Source: Felis catus (taxonomy: Eukaryota). Taken from it: DNA of 64,000 nucleotides. Below, in pieces: positions 11,806 through 22,987 of this stretch. The stretch spans positions 73,036,001-73,100,000 of the forward strand of contig NC_058376.1 of assembly GCF_018350175.1 (NCBI RefSeq), given 5' to 3'. Numbering within the stretch: the first letter of the stretch is position 1; each line of letters begins with the position of its first letter. Below the pieces are notes generated by a model. The model had not been told where the DNA came from and searched no databases. It saw only the letters and a program-made list of their open reading frames with translations. A program made the position numbers and the translations under genes.

Positions 11806-12185
11806 ATTGTCTCAGGCTAAACTGTAGAGAAAAAGGCAAAGTATATGTGTTTATCACTTAGGGTGGTGGGGTGGGAACCTCCTTCTTTCTGTACATGAGC
11901 CCCTTAAGTCTCAGAATCACTGGCTCAACAGAGAAAGTCCCTTTAACCAAGACCCAGGGCCAATGCAGCTCTCACTAAGGTTTTGATACCAAGTGTGAGC
12001 CTATGGGTACTTGAACTTTCTCATGTCAAATCAGATGGTGGCCTGAGCTAAGGCATTGCCACTGGAGAGAGAAGGGATGAGACTGAAATTTAGGAGGATG
12101 GATGGAGAGAATGTGGGGACTGAAGATATGTAGGTGTTGAAGGAAAGGGACTCAAAGGTGAAAATATCAAGATATCTACTTCACA

Positions 12186-12310
12186 GGCTTGCTGCAAGGA
12201 GTGGAGTTAACACAGAGGCCCTGCAACAGTATCTGAATGCCATCGGGTCAGTACCTGCGAGCTGCTTTCCTCCTCGTCGTCCTCCTCGTCCCTCTCCATG
12301 TCCATTAAAG
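12186..12310 (+). pseudogene. ACADVL-like pseudo-exon equivalent to terminal exon 20 (only first ~13 codons supported)
   Basis: cttcacag acceptor (ends 12185); with a +1 insertion it reads AAARSGVNTEALQ vs AAARIREGMAALQ with identical spacing; similarity fades afterwards. Confidence 0.6.
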
Positions 12311-13214
12311 GCAGAACTTTCCCACCTGGAAACCTCAGAGTATCCACCCAAGGAGGCTTTGCCACTGGTTCGTGAATCTGAACCTCGTGACTGAAGGCCA
12401 CGGACGTGCCCCTGCCTCTCCTGGTCCCCACCAAACAGATAGAAACAAAAGTGTCTTCTCTCTAGAGCTGCATCGGGAAAACCCTGAAAGCCATTCTCTC
12501 ACAACCAGAATGTTCCCTTTGTTCCTCTGAGACAGAACCAACATCTCTGTGAGGGACAAAGAGGCAGCCTGACTCCTGAGCCGAACAGACGGATGGGCCG
12601 AGTGATGGCTGTTGAGTGGTAGCTGGGGCCGAAGCGCTGAGATTGCAATACTTACTGTGGTTCACATACGACAACGTGCAGGACACCTTATTAAAAACTG
12701 AACACAATCATTTCCAAATTTCAGGTTCATATTCAGCCTCAGACTTCCCCAAACATGCTCATACTGAGCTCTCCTGGGACATCTTCCGGGCCCTTGGGGA
12801 ACCAGACCCGAGGCTGACAACATTGCTGATTCTTTCCCCCACAGATATTTTCACCCCCTCATGTACTCAACAAATATTTACCTATCTTGCGCCGGGCACT
12901 GTGCGGGAAGCTGGGGCTTCAAAGAAATGAAGCCACGTCTCTTCCACATACAGCCTTGTAGGGAAGACAGGTGAAGCCCAGACTGGAATGCTGTGTGATG
13001 CGTGACAGCGAGCTGGTGCAAGCAGGCCTGGGAGCACAGAGGAGGGCCACAGAGCCCCACCAGGGTTTCAGAGAAGACTTCCTGGAGGGCAAGCAAGAGC
13101 TGGCCCAGGGAAGAGGGCAAGCGAGGCTTTCTAGGTAAGGGAGCACCACGCAGGATGGCCCAAGGCAAGCAAGACCATGGCTCCATGGTTCTTACCCTGC
13201 TGTCCACTGAAATC

Positions 13215-13352
13215 ACTGGCAGAGCTTTTAACAATTACCGACGTCCAGACCCTCACACAGATGTATAAGTCAGAATCTTTGGAGGTGAGGCCCAGGACCC
13301 AGTCTTGTCAAAAGCGCCCCAGGTATATATAACCGGAGTTAAGGACCACTGC
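13215..13352. mobile_element. MER5A-like hAT MITE (a second copy at ~37255-37405)
   Basis: tcagaatctttggaggtgaggcccagg...ttaaggaccactgc. Confidence 0.6.
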
Positions 13353-14499
13353 GTTAAGGAAGAGTCACTAACGCAAGACGTTTGGAAAAGAAAAGCACAG
13401 AGTCTACTGTGATATAATAACTCACTCTGCCAGTACTTCTAAAACATTGGCTCCTAGACCCAATGCAAAGCACGCAAGGCCAAGGGACACACTGATACGT
13501 TCCTGAGTCTGTAACAGACCTGCTACACAGCCCCCTCCAGGAGATACAACCCATGAGAAACCATTGCCATTCTTACAGGAGTCTGCTGTGTTCTCAAATC
13601 CAATACTACTCATCTCATAGCTCTGGTGAGGACCTACCTGTACATACTAGTTTCAGAAAGCTCAAAAGGCTTTCGATCAAACACAAAACTCCAGACACAG
13701 TACAACACCACTTTTGACAAAGTAAATCAAAATCAATAAATCAAGCTTGGGCATCTTCTTAGAGGCTTGGACGAAGACACAGGAGTCCTGTTCTTCAAAT
13801 TGGGGGCATGCCCCAGTCTGAGAGGGAGAAGCACTACCTCGAGCCAAGAGGCTGGCCAATAGCTCCCGATCACAGGAAGGTGAACGTGGCAATGGTGTGA
13901 ATCCCAGTTCAGCCACTTGCTGCACCGTACTCGGCAAGATGTTTAACTGCCGTGAGCCTGTTCTTTTCTCCGTGAAATGACTATAATTGTATCTCCCTTA
14001 TGTGGTTGCTCTCGGCTTAAAGGAGATAATGTATGTAGAGTGCCCAGCAGGATAAGTGTCCAATATCCGATAACATGTTATTATCAGACACTGTGTTATA
14101 GGAGTGGAAAGAACACAGGAGGCAGAAGGCCAGGCCAGGTCATGGTTCTTCTGCCATTCTTTGCCCTCTCCTTTCTCTCTTTAGGCAGTGCATGGTTCCC
14201 AAGGCATCTCTGTATGGGCTGCTCCTGCCTCTCAGGGGTGGCCCCCAAAAGCACATCCCGGTGTGTGGACGGCGCAGTCCCTCTACTCAGATGATGACAG
14301 CATGTGAGAGCCAAGAGCCTGGCTGTCTCCCTCTGCTGACCCGGGCCGCTGCCCAGCCATGATACTCCATCACCAGCTTTGGGAAACTGCACTTTACTCC
14401 TCCAAACTCAGTTGGACTTTGTTAAAAGAAATTAGGTTTCCAGAAGGTATGTTGCTGGAGCTTAATTTCAAATCAAACAGGAACCCCAGAGATCCTCTG

Positions 14500-14668
14500 A
14501 CAGCTTCCTACCCTTTTTGTGCCAGGGACCCCTTTGGCAGTTTGACGAAAATGTCCACGAATGCATAAAATGAAAGCCACAGAACCACAAAAGAATTCAA
14601 TTATACTGAAATACAACTGAATCAATTTCCCACGGAGTTCCACCGATTCTATGTTAGAACGCCTTGAT
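14500..14668 (+). mobile_element. Charlie4/MER80-like hAT fragment
   Basis: ctttttgtgccagggacccctttggcagt...aatgcataaaat...caattatactgaaataca. Confidence 0.6.
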
Positions 14669-15335
14669 AGCCAAGCCCCTCACTGAAAGCTTGAGAAACT
14701 CTCCAAGATCACCCAGCTCTGAAGTGGGACAGCCAGGACAAGGGCCCCATCTCCCTACTCCTGGACCTGGGCTCTTTCCACCAACTTACTTACTATTTTA
14801 GAAAATTAAGAAAAGCAAAATGGAAATCCTACTCTCTGCATGGAAAACTTCTGAACTGTATGCAAATTGGAAGGTACGGATGAGTTCCCGTTGCCCAATA
14901 CGTATTCATAAGAACTGACCTTATTTTATAAGGGGTTGCAAAACTGGACAAAGATTGTTTCCCAGCAAACATCTGGAAAAACCTAAGGCCACAGTAATTT
15001 GAGGATTCATCTAAGGCCCTGGTAACTGGTAGCAGATGTCCCAGCTGCACGGATGATAGTGTTGGATTGTGAACTGAATGGATGTGTTCAATCCCTCTGC
15101 CTTCAGGTGGCCTTTGGCAAAGAGTCTGGAACATTAGTCTCTGTGCTATAGAAAACTCACCTCTCCTGCTTCTGTCAACACTTTTCAGGAATAAGCAATT
15201 ATTGTCATCTTTTTCTGTGGAGAAGGCTGGAAGGTATTTATCCTGGTGGTGTGAACCCCCAACCCTCCTAGCAGAGCCCTTTCACTCCTTTCTATGTGGG
15301 GGCAGTAGAACATAATGGTTAAAAGTATGGGTTTA

Positions 15336-15444
15336 GGGATGCTGGGGTGGCTCAGTTGGTTAGGCACCAGACTCTTGATTTTGGCTCAGGTCATGATCTC
15401 ATGGTTTGTCGAGCTCCAAGCTGACAATGTGGAGCCTGCTTGGG

Positions 15445-15492
<48 letters not shown>

Positions 15493-15567
15493 CCTTCCCC
15501 GCTTGCTTGCTGGTGCTTTCTTTCTCTCTGCCCCTCCCCTGCTCACTCTCTCTCTTAAAAAAAAAAA

Positions 15568-15610
<43 letters not shown>

Positions 15611-15662
15611 AATATATATAAATTTATATATATATAAATATATATATAAGAGAGAGAGAGAG
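15336..15662 (+). mobile_element. Can-SINE with tail expanded into a (TA)n(GA)n compound microsatellite, inserted in a MIR
   Basis: SINE head and CT tract, then TA/GA arrays; MIR-like sequence on both sides. Confidence 0.85.
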
Positions 15663-16077
15663 TTTAGAGTCATACTTCAGGGTTTAAATTCTCAGTGCAT
15701 CATTTTAGAAAAGTTGCTCAACCACCTCGTCCCACCTTGTTTTTTTAATCTCTCTAATGGGATTATTACCAGAGCCTGCCTTGTAGGGTGTGGTGACAAT
15801 TAGAGTTAATTTATGGAAAGCCCTGATATTGGACCTGATGTATAATGTTCAATAGTTAGGAGCTATTAGTATAATTAGTTCCAGGTTGAACCTTGCACCT
15901 TCCCTCCTAGGCCACTTACTGAATAAAGCAGATGTTGAGGTAGGTGTAATTAGCAGAGTCACTGTGTTCAAAGAAGTCTATTCACCATGGCCTGAGCAGA
16001 CCTGTTTACTTTCTCCAACACATCCTGTCAAGATAAGTGACTCAACCATAGTCACACAAAGTGAAAATCCTGCATCT

Positions 16078-16293
16078 TCTTTTTTTTTTTTAAGTTTATT
16101 TATTTATTTTGAGAGACACAGAGAGAGAGAGAGAGAGAGAGAGCACCCATAAGAGGGGAAGGGGCAGAGAGAAGGAGAGACAGAATCCCAAGCAGGTTCC
16201 GCACTCTCGGCACAGAGCCCACCAACTGTGAGATCGTGACTTGACCCTAGATCAAGAATCAGACGCTCAATCTCTGAGCCACCCAGGCACCCC
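16078..16293 (-). mobile_element. Can-SINE
   Basis: Reverse SINE; TSD aaaatcctgcatctt on both sides. Confidence 0.9.
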
Positions 16294-16539
16294 AAAAATC
16301 CTGCATCTTTTTAACACCAAATCCACATACCTCCCTGTGCCTGGTTGCCTCCCCTCTGCTTTCCTTGTTTTTATAAACCCAGAACCCAAGCTCCTCTCAA
16401 AACCCAGCCTACCCACCTGTGCCCCGGGGGCCCGCTCCCTCTCTCTCCTATTCAGGGTTGCTCTTGGAGTCTTCAAACCCCCTCCGCCACATAGTCAATA
16501 CTTCTCTATTGGATCATCCCCATGTGCATGCTCTTAACC

Positions 16540-17960
16540 ATCTCCCTTAACCACTAAGTCTCCTTTCAGCTACTAATTTCTCTACTTTCCTTCAACCTCA
16601 CAAGAAAATTGCTATTTCATGTTCCCTTCTCAACGCACTCAAATTAAGCTTCCATCCCCACTATCCACAGAGACTGCTATTGTCAAGGTCACCAACAACC
16701 TCCATGTTGCTAAATCCAGAGGCCACTTCTTTGTTCTTATTGACCTTTTAGCAGAAGTTGATCATTTCCTCCTTCTTGAAATATTTTCTCTCTTGGCTCT
16801 GCGATGCCCTGCTGTCCTCTTTTCTTTCTGTCTCCTTTCTTGGCTCCTTCTCCTCCCCTCTTCTCTACTACTACCTTTGGTAACCCCATCCAGTCCCGTG
16901 GCTTTAGAGACTATCTATGTGCTTATGATCCCTGAATCTCTACATCCAGCCCTGACTTTTCCCCAAAGCTTAAATTAGATATCCAACTGCCTCCTTAACA
17001 TTTCCACTCAGATGTCTAATACGCAACTCAGACAAAATTTATCCATGAAGAACTCAAGTTTTCCTCCTGAACTTGCTCCTAACTCAGTCTTCCTAGTTTT
17101 TTGTCATTAGCACTAGCATCCACCCAGTTGTTCAGCCTATAAGTCTGGGATTCAGTCTTGATTCCTCTCTTTCCTCATCTTCCATATTCAATCTGTTAGC
17201 AAGTCTTGTTCACTTTATCTACAAAGCATGTTCTAAATTCGTCCACTTCTCTCCATTTTCCTTACAATCACTCTAGCCCAACTCCACACTACCTGAATGA
17301 CTGAAATGCCCTCAGAGGATCTCTCTGTAACCATCCTCCAGTCTAGTCTTGGAAGGGGAGCCCGAATGTTCTTCTCACACTCTTGCTTAAAACCCTCCAA
17401 CAGGGGTGCCTGGGTGGCTCAGTCGGCTGAGCTGACTTCGGCTCAGGTCATGATTTCATGGTTCATGGGTTTGAGCCCCACGTCAGGTTCTGTGCTGACA
17501 GCTCAGAGCCCGAAGCCTAATTCAGATTCTGTGTCTCCCTCCCTCTCTACTGCTCCTCCACTCATGCTCTCTCTCTCTCTCTCTAATGTAAATATTAAAA
17601 AAAAAATTTTTTTAAACAAAAACAGAAAACCCTCCACCAACTTCCCATTGTCCTTTAAATAAAATCCAAATTCCTCAAAGTGGGATATAATATGGCTTCT
17701 GCCTACCTCTTCAAACTCATTTTTAATCACATTCCCCCTCACTCTTTCTATTCCAACCACACAGGTCTCTCTGTCCCTGGAAAACACAAAGCCTGTTTCC
17801 TCCTTAGGACCTTTGCCCTGGCTCTTCTCCCTGGAACACCCATCCCCATGGTCCTTGAATGACTGGTCCCTTTTCATCATTCACCTCTCAGCTGAAATGT
17901 CAGTTCTCAGAGAGGCCCGTCCTGACCACAAAACTGAAGTGGCCACCCAGACTCTCCCTA
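16540..17960 (+). mobile_element. L2 element (ORF2 RT region to 3' part) interrupted by a Can-SINE at 17403-17625
   Basis: ORF 16619-16978 contains STETAIVKVTNNLHVAKSRGHFFVLIDL..VDHFLLL, a CR1/L2 reverse-transcriptase motif; SINE TSD aaaaccctcca. Confidence 0.85.
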
Positions 17961-18160
17961 TCACATCACCTTTTACTGCCTGTGCATCGGACTCTTCTCT
18001 GGAAGACAAGAGTTGGGACCTCGTGTTTCTTTACCACTACATCTGCAGGACTCAGAAGAGGTTGCCATATATTATTGAAAAAGTGAATGAACAGGTAAAT
18101 GAATTCGTACCAGAGCTAGAACCAGAAGCCTGGGCTCCTGCGTCACAGTTCAGTGTTCTT

Positions 18161-18211
18161 CCCACCCTCCCACCCCCCCTCACCCCCCTGCCCCCCCCCC
18201 CCCCCCCCCCC
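18161..18211. repeat. C-rich tract with a ~22-nt poly-C run
   Basis: Seen directly. Confidence 0.9.
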
Positions 18212-18239
18212 GGCCCTGGCAAGTTGCAGCTTCACTGGT

Positions 18240-18358
18240 TTTTATTTACTTTGTTTTTTGTTTTTTTTAAACTAAGCTCTAGGCCAAATGTGGGGCTTGA
18301 ACTTATGACCCCAAGATCAAGAGTCGCATGCTGTACTGATGAGCCAGCCGGGCGCCCC
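18240..18358 (-). mobile_element. Short older tRNA-Lys-derived carnivore SINE
   Basis: gtggggcttgaacttatgaccccaagatcaagagtcgcatgct...gggcgcccc. Confidence 0.8.
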
Positions 18359-19529
18359 TCAGCCTCACCGGTTTGACTGCTTTCTTGCTGTTCACCAGAT
18401 GTCTGGCACCAGCCAGCGGCCCACTGGTTTCAGCTCCTAGTGATAAAAGAAATGGCTATAAGGGAACAGGAAGGAGAGGAAAGAGGGCATCTGAATAAAT
18501 CATGAGGTACACAATCGTCCCCACAGATAATGAGGATGAAACATTCTGTTATTCATTCAACCATCCAGTGACATTTAGTAAACACTTAGTATGTACCCGG
18601 CAGCGTGCAGTTTACCGGGGATAGAAACACAAACCTGTTCTGAAGGATCTGACGGTCTGAGAAGGAGACGGTAGGCCTGTGGTGACACCTGCCATGGTGT
18701 GAGGCGCCCCAGAACAAATACCACACGTGCTGGAAATCCAGGCAGAGAGTGAGGACAGCTGCGCCGATTCGGGAAGACTGATCCCAGAGACTGGAACCTG
18801 GGAGCTGAGTCTCCAAGAGTGAATACACGTTATTGGGAACTCTTCATCTGGGTTTTCACATGAAAAGTACAGTTGTGTTTCCCCTTGATTTTAACCGACA
18901 GAAGAAAAACCACTTTGGAAGGGCAGGCAGGATGACCCTGGTAGTTGAGAGAACCACTTATAAATGAAGGCATTTTCACCAGGGGACCACTTAAAAAAAA
19001 AAAAAAAAAAAAAGATAGGATAGTTTTCTTTTTCTATTTCTTGCCACAAAAAGTCCACCAAAACAAATTCATCTTTCCCGAGGGTCTTGCAGGAAGACCC
19101 CTGAGGCAATCACCTAGATCATGAAAGATCACCCAACCAAAGAACTACTTCCCTGTAAAACCACAGGCCGTGTCCTTGAAGAAACGTGCTGTCAGGTAAA
19201 AGCCAGGTTTGGCAGCAGGGGAAAGAATGAAGGAGATCTGTGTGTATTGACAGAGAAAGAACTACGTTATTACATGAAAACAGGCAAGTTTCAGGCCCCT
19301 GGATATTATTGTTGGGATCCGTGTAGGAATTTCTGGAAGAATAAATGCAAACACAACGGTTATCTCTGAGGTGTGGGATTATGAGGCACTTACAGTTTGA
19401 GGCCTGCGTTTTGGTATTATTTTAATTGCTTACAACAGATGTGTGTGCTATTCTGGAATTCAACAATGAAGATTCATTTAGAGCACAGGTCTGGTTTGTT
19501 TTACGATGCTTCTTAAAAACTTGTGCTTG

Positions 19530-19757
19530 GGGGCGCCTGGGTGGCGCAGTCGGTTAAGCGTCCGACTTCAGCCAGGTCACGATCTCGCGGTCCGTGAGTT
19601 TGAGCCCCACGTCGGGCTCTGGGCTGATGGCTCGGAGCCTGGAGCCTGTTTCCGATTCTGTGTCTCCCTCTCTCTCTGCCCCTCCCCCGTTCATGCTCTG
19701 TCTCTCTCTGTCCCCAAAATAAATAAACGTTGAAAAAAAAATTTTTTTAAATAAAAA
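19530..19757 (+). mobile_element. Young SINEC_Fc-type Can-SINE
   Basis: CpG-rich near-consensus body; perfect TSD aaaaacttgtgcttg (19515-19529 / 19758-19772). Confidence 0.96.
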
Positions 19758-20687
19758 AAAAACTTGTGCTTGGCTCTACATTCCAGAAACATGCAAAGAG
19801 AGGATTGCCCGAAATGATATCATTTGCCGACATTTACGGGAAAAAATAAACTGAGACTCAGAAAGATAACTGTGCTGTTTCTCGCGCTACGACTCCTTGA
19901 CCAGTACGGTCAGCTCCACAGTTCTTGATTCAAGCTGCGGAATAAATGATAAAAATATGTTGATCTCCAACTTAACACATTTTGGAAACTTTAGCACCAT
20001 TGCTTTGTGGAAAACTGTGTGACTCTTTAGGGTAAAGGAAAATAACTCTTTTTATGAGGTTATCAGAGACTAATTGTGTATTTCTTCAATGACAGGCACT
20101 TCCTGGTGACAGATGTGATATAAGTAAAGAAGACACAGACATTTACAGGCTAGTAGTATCCCAGAAAAAACAATTCAAATAAAAGTCTCTTGACTATTAC
20201 CTCTAGTTCTGTTTGCAGATCTTAGAATACTCAGTAAAGTCTTTGCATAGATAGATCCCTTCCATTCAATGTATTGATTGACTACTTATGACGTGTTCTA
20301 GCACTGGGGGTACAGCAGTGAGTCGACGAGACAAATTCTCTGCACTTGTGGAGCTTATCTGCTAGCGGGGAAAACACAACAAGCAAAACATACATAAAAT
20401 GAAGGGTATCATTTCAGGTAAAAGTATAATAAAGCAGGTAAAGTGGTAGTGACACAAGTACTATTTTTGAAAGGTCAGGAAGACCTTTAAAGGAAGTGAT
20501 ATTTGAGCGAGGGCACGGAGGAGGGAGAGAGGGAGAGAGACTGCAGAGATCTTAGGGAAAGCCTTAGAGGATCCCAGCAAGTCAGGGCCTGAACGGAAAT
20601 CCTAATTTCTCCTTTTTCTGAAAAGGTAAAGAACATCCCAAAGAACAAGCTCTGGTATGTGAAAGATTCACTTTTGTTACTGTTGTG

Positions 20688-20888
20688 GTTTTTTTTTTTA
20701 ATCTTTGTTTATTTTTGAGAGAGAGAAAGGGCTAGCAGGGGAGGAGCAGAGAGAGGGGGGACAGAGGATCAGAAGCAGGCTCTGTGCTGACCGCAGAGAG
20801 CCCTATATGGGACTCGAACTCATGAACCGTGAGATCATGACCTGAGCCGAAGTTGGATGCTCAACAGACTGAGCCATCCAGGCGCCCC
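20688..20888 (-). mobile_element. Can-SINE ~1 kb upstream of the APOD TSS
   Basis: Reverse SINE ending ccatccaggcgcccc. Confidence 0.9.
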
Positions 20889-21399
20889 ATGGTTATTGTT
20901 TTAATGTTTATAAGGCCTAGTGCTATAAATTTCTCTCTATTGCTTAGAAACTGGAGAATGCATTTTATTCAGGAATCTGTCTACCACAAAGGTACTCTCT
21001 TCTCTACAGGCCCCTAGAAGCCTCCTGCCTTATCACAAAGGCACGGAATCCAAGTCCTAAGATTCAAAACTGCTCATTCCACAGAGAGAAATGGGGCCCA
21101 GCCCAAAGTGTCTCTGTGAAATGAGCAACATTAAATCCACTCTCACCCCAGGCAGGGAGAGGCCGCCTAGATGGTGAAGCTGGGAGGCTCCCGAATCACG
21201 AATCACGGAAGGTCTGGCATTCTCAGCTTTTAGCACCAGCCCCTTCAGAACCGGTATCTCCCCTATTCACCCAACTTTGGTGGAGACAGAAATGACAGCC
21301 TCTGCGTCACCATGGGGAGACTGAGCCTCAGAGAAGTGGATGGCTTGTCCAGGATCACACAAAAAGCCATCTCTAATTCTTACCCTTCACTCTCTAGCC

Positions 21400-21839
21400 T
21401 GAGTCACATTCCAGGCCAGGGACCACATGGGGTGCCCCATTTCAGGAAATGGGGTTGTTGATTTTTCATTTACACAAAAATGAAAAATAAATACCAGATG
21501 CTTGAAAACATGTTGCAGCTCATCTTACTGGAACTTTAAAGTGCATTCTGACTGAGAAAATTAAATTCGAAAATCCACACAGCAAAAAAGATGTTTTGAA
21601 TGAAATGCACTTTGTCTTTCCCTCTCTCACATACACACAGTATCTCATTGTTTCTTTTTCAGGGAGCAGCTGTGAAGGAAATTGGGGGAGGGAGATGGAC
21701 AAAACATCCCATCTTTGTGTTTCATACAGAACTAAGCTTTTAGGCCAGCCTTCCCGACCCGGAGTGGGTGTGGCATGCGTTAAAATCAAACGTCAGTGAC
21801 CGAATGAAGCTTATAAAATAGCTTGGGAGAAGCCAGTCA
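21400..21839 (+). promoter_or_regulatory. APOD: APOD promoter: TATAAAA 21812-21818, GGGTGTGG (CACCC box) ~21766, CGTCA at 21791, AP-1 TGAGTCA 21400-21406
   Basis: TATA box ~25-30 nt before the non-coding exon; tataaaatagcttgggagaagccagtca resembles the recalled human APOD core promoter. Confidence 0.8.
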
Positions 21840-21905
21840 ACAAGACCACACATCTTAAATTGGATGAGTTTGCATGTGGAAACTGCCTTCATCTTGACGG
21901 AAAAG
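21840..21905 (+). other. APOD: APOD exon 1 (non-coding 5' UTR; start approximate)
   Basis: ggaaactgccttcatcttgacggaaaag|gtatgt matches the recalled human APOD 5' UTR; canonical donor at 21906. Confidence 0.8.
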
Positions 21906-22987
21906 GTATGTACTGTGGTTTTTCATTTTCGCTTTTGTTAAAAAGTGCTTAGAGACAGGCTTGGCTTTTACTTTCCCCCTTTCAGCTAAAAATAATAACA
22001 GCCACGACTGAGGGCTTGTGCCAGTCGCTCTGCAAAATTGGTCTCGTTTTTCCTCAGACCACCTTACAAGATAGAACCTCATTAGTGCCATTTTTCAGAC
22101 GAGGAAACTGAGGTTCAGCTATCCTAAGCAATAGGCCAACAAATGGCAGAACTGGGGTGCCAACCCAACGTTGACCTACCTCAATGTCTTGTGCTTGCAC
22201 TATGCATTCTCTTCTGTGCAAGCAGACAACGAGAACGTTTTCCATAACCAATACTGTACCAGATGAATTCTCAAGGAGCTGTCGTCCAACCGTGCATTAC
22301 AATAAAATTTACCAAAAAGTGAACTGTAATTCATTCTGTGAATCGGAAAACACATTTGACAACATGGCACAAAAATATTTTCTTAAGAAGACATATTTTC
22401 TTGTTAGAGTCAATAGCTAAATGGGTTCTTTAGACCGCTTGGCTTGTGGAAATGCATTTTGTTTTATCATGTGAAATCTAAAAATCTAGTCGTCAACGTT
22501 CTGCAGCTTTTTCAGAGCAGGTACCTTGCCCGCACTAACACGCAGGTGTTGGGAGAGCAGGCTCCTAAGAGACCTGGCGTAAGTTCTGTCTTCACACCTT
22601 ATCAGGAAGTAACCCCTGGGAAATTAACATCATTGAGTACACAGAGAATGTCATAGCAGTAGCCTTCTAGACAGGATGTTATGGAGATCCAGTGTGTGGC
22701 ACATGTGAAAAACTGAGACCCGGGCTTCTCCACGGGGAAGTTCACTGAGTATGAGTACCAGCTCATAGAGTCTGTGCTGGCCCAGGGCGGATGCACAATA
22801 ACCTTGGTAGAATTATTATTAAATAATTTAATATTCAGTTAAAATAATATTTAAATTCTGTTTATTTTTAAAATATTTAAACTCCCCTCATTAAGACAAT
22901 CTTCCCGTTAGTGTTAGAAGACAGAGCAAAAATGTAGGTCACGCCTACCCAAGTTCACAGGTATAAGATAATAATGCGACTTACCTT

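Larger units (their letters stand above)
341..12310 (+). pseudogene. Unprocessed (intron-containing) ACADVL/VLCAD-like acyl-CoA dehydrogenase pseudogene, 3' half; 5' exons presumably lie left of the window
   Basis: Seven collinear exon remnants translate to C-terminal ACAD-family sequence matching recalled ACADVL exons 13-16 and 18-20, with similar lengths and phases and multiple disabling lesions. The 3' end is approximate. Confidence 0.88.

Noticed and set aside
12134-12434. ORFs 12134-12394 (+) and 12207-12434 (-, acidic stretch) as novel small proteins
   Set aside because: Non-ATG starts; the + frame overlaps the decayed terminal pseudo-exon and the acidic run comes from a (cct/cgt)n low-complexity patch.
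15315-15803. Long ORFs over SINEs and microsatellites (also 17813-18376, 55576-55983 and similar)
   Set aside because: Translations of Can-SINE consensus and simple repeats; recurrent peptides such as SLEPASDSVSPSLSAP show their repeat origin.
18240-18358. tRNA-Lys gene
   Set aside because: Degenerate tRNA-like head with an A-rich tail is a SINE, not an intact cloverleaf.
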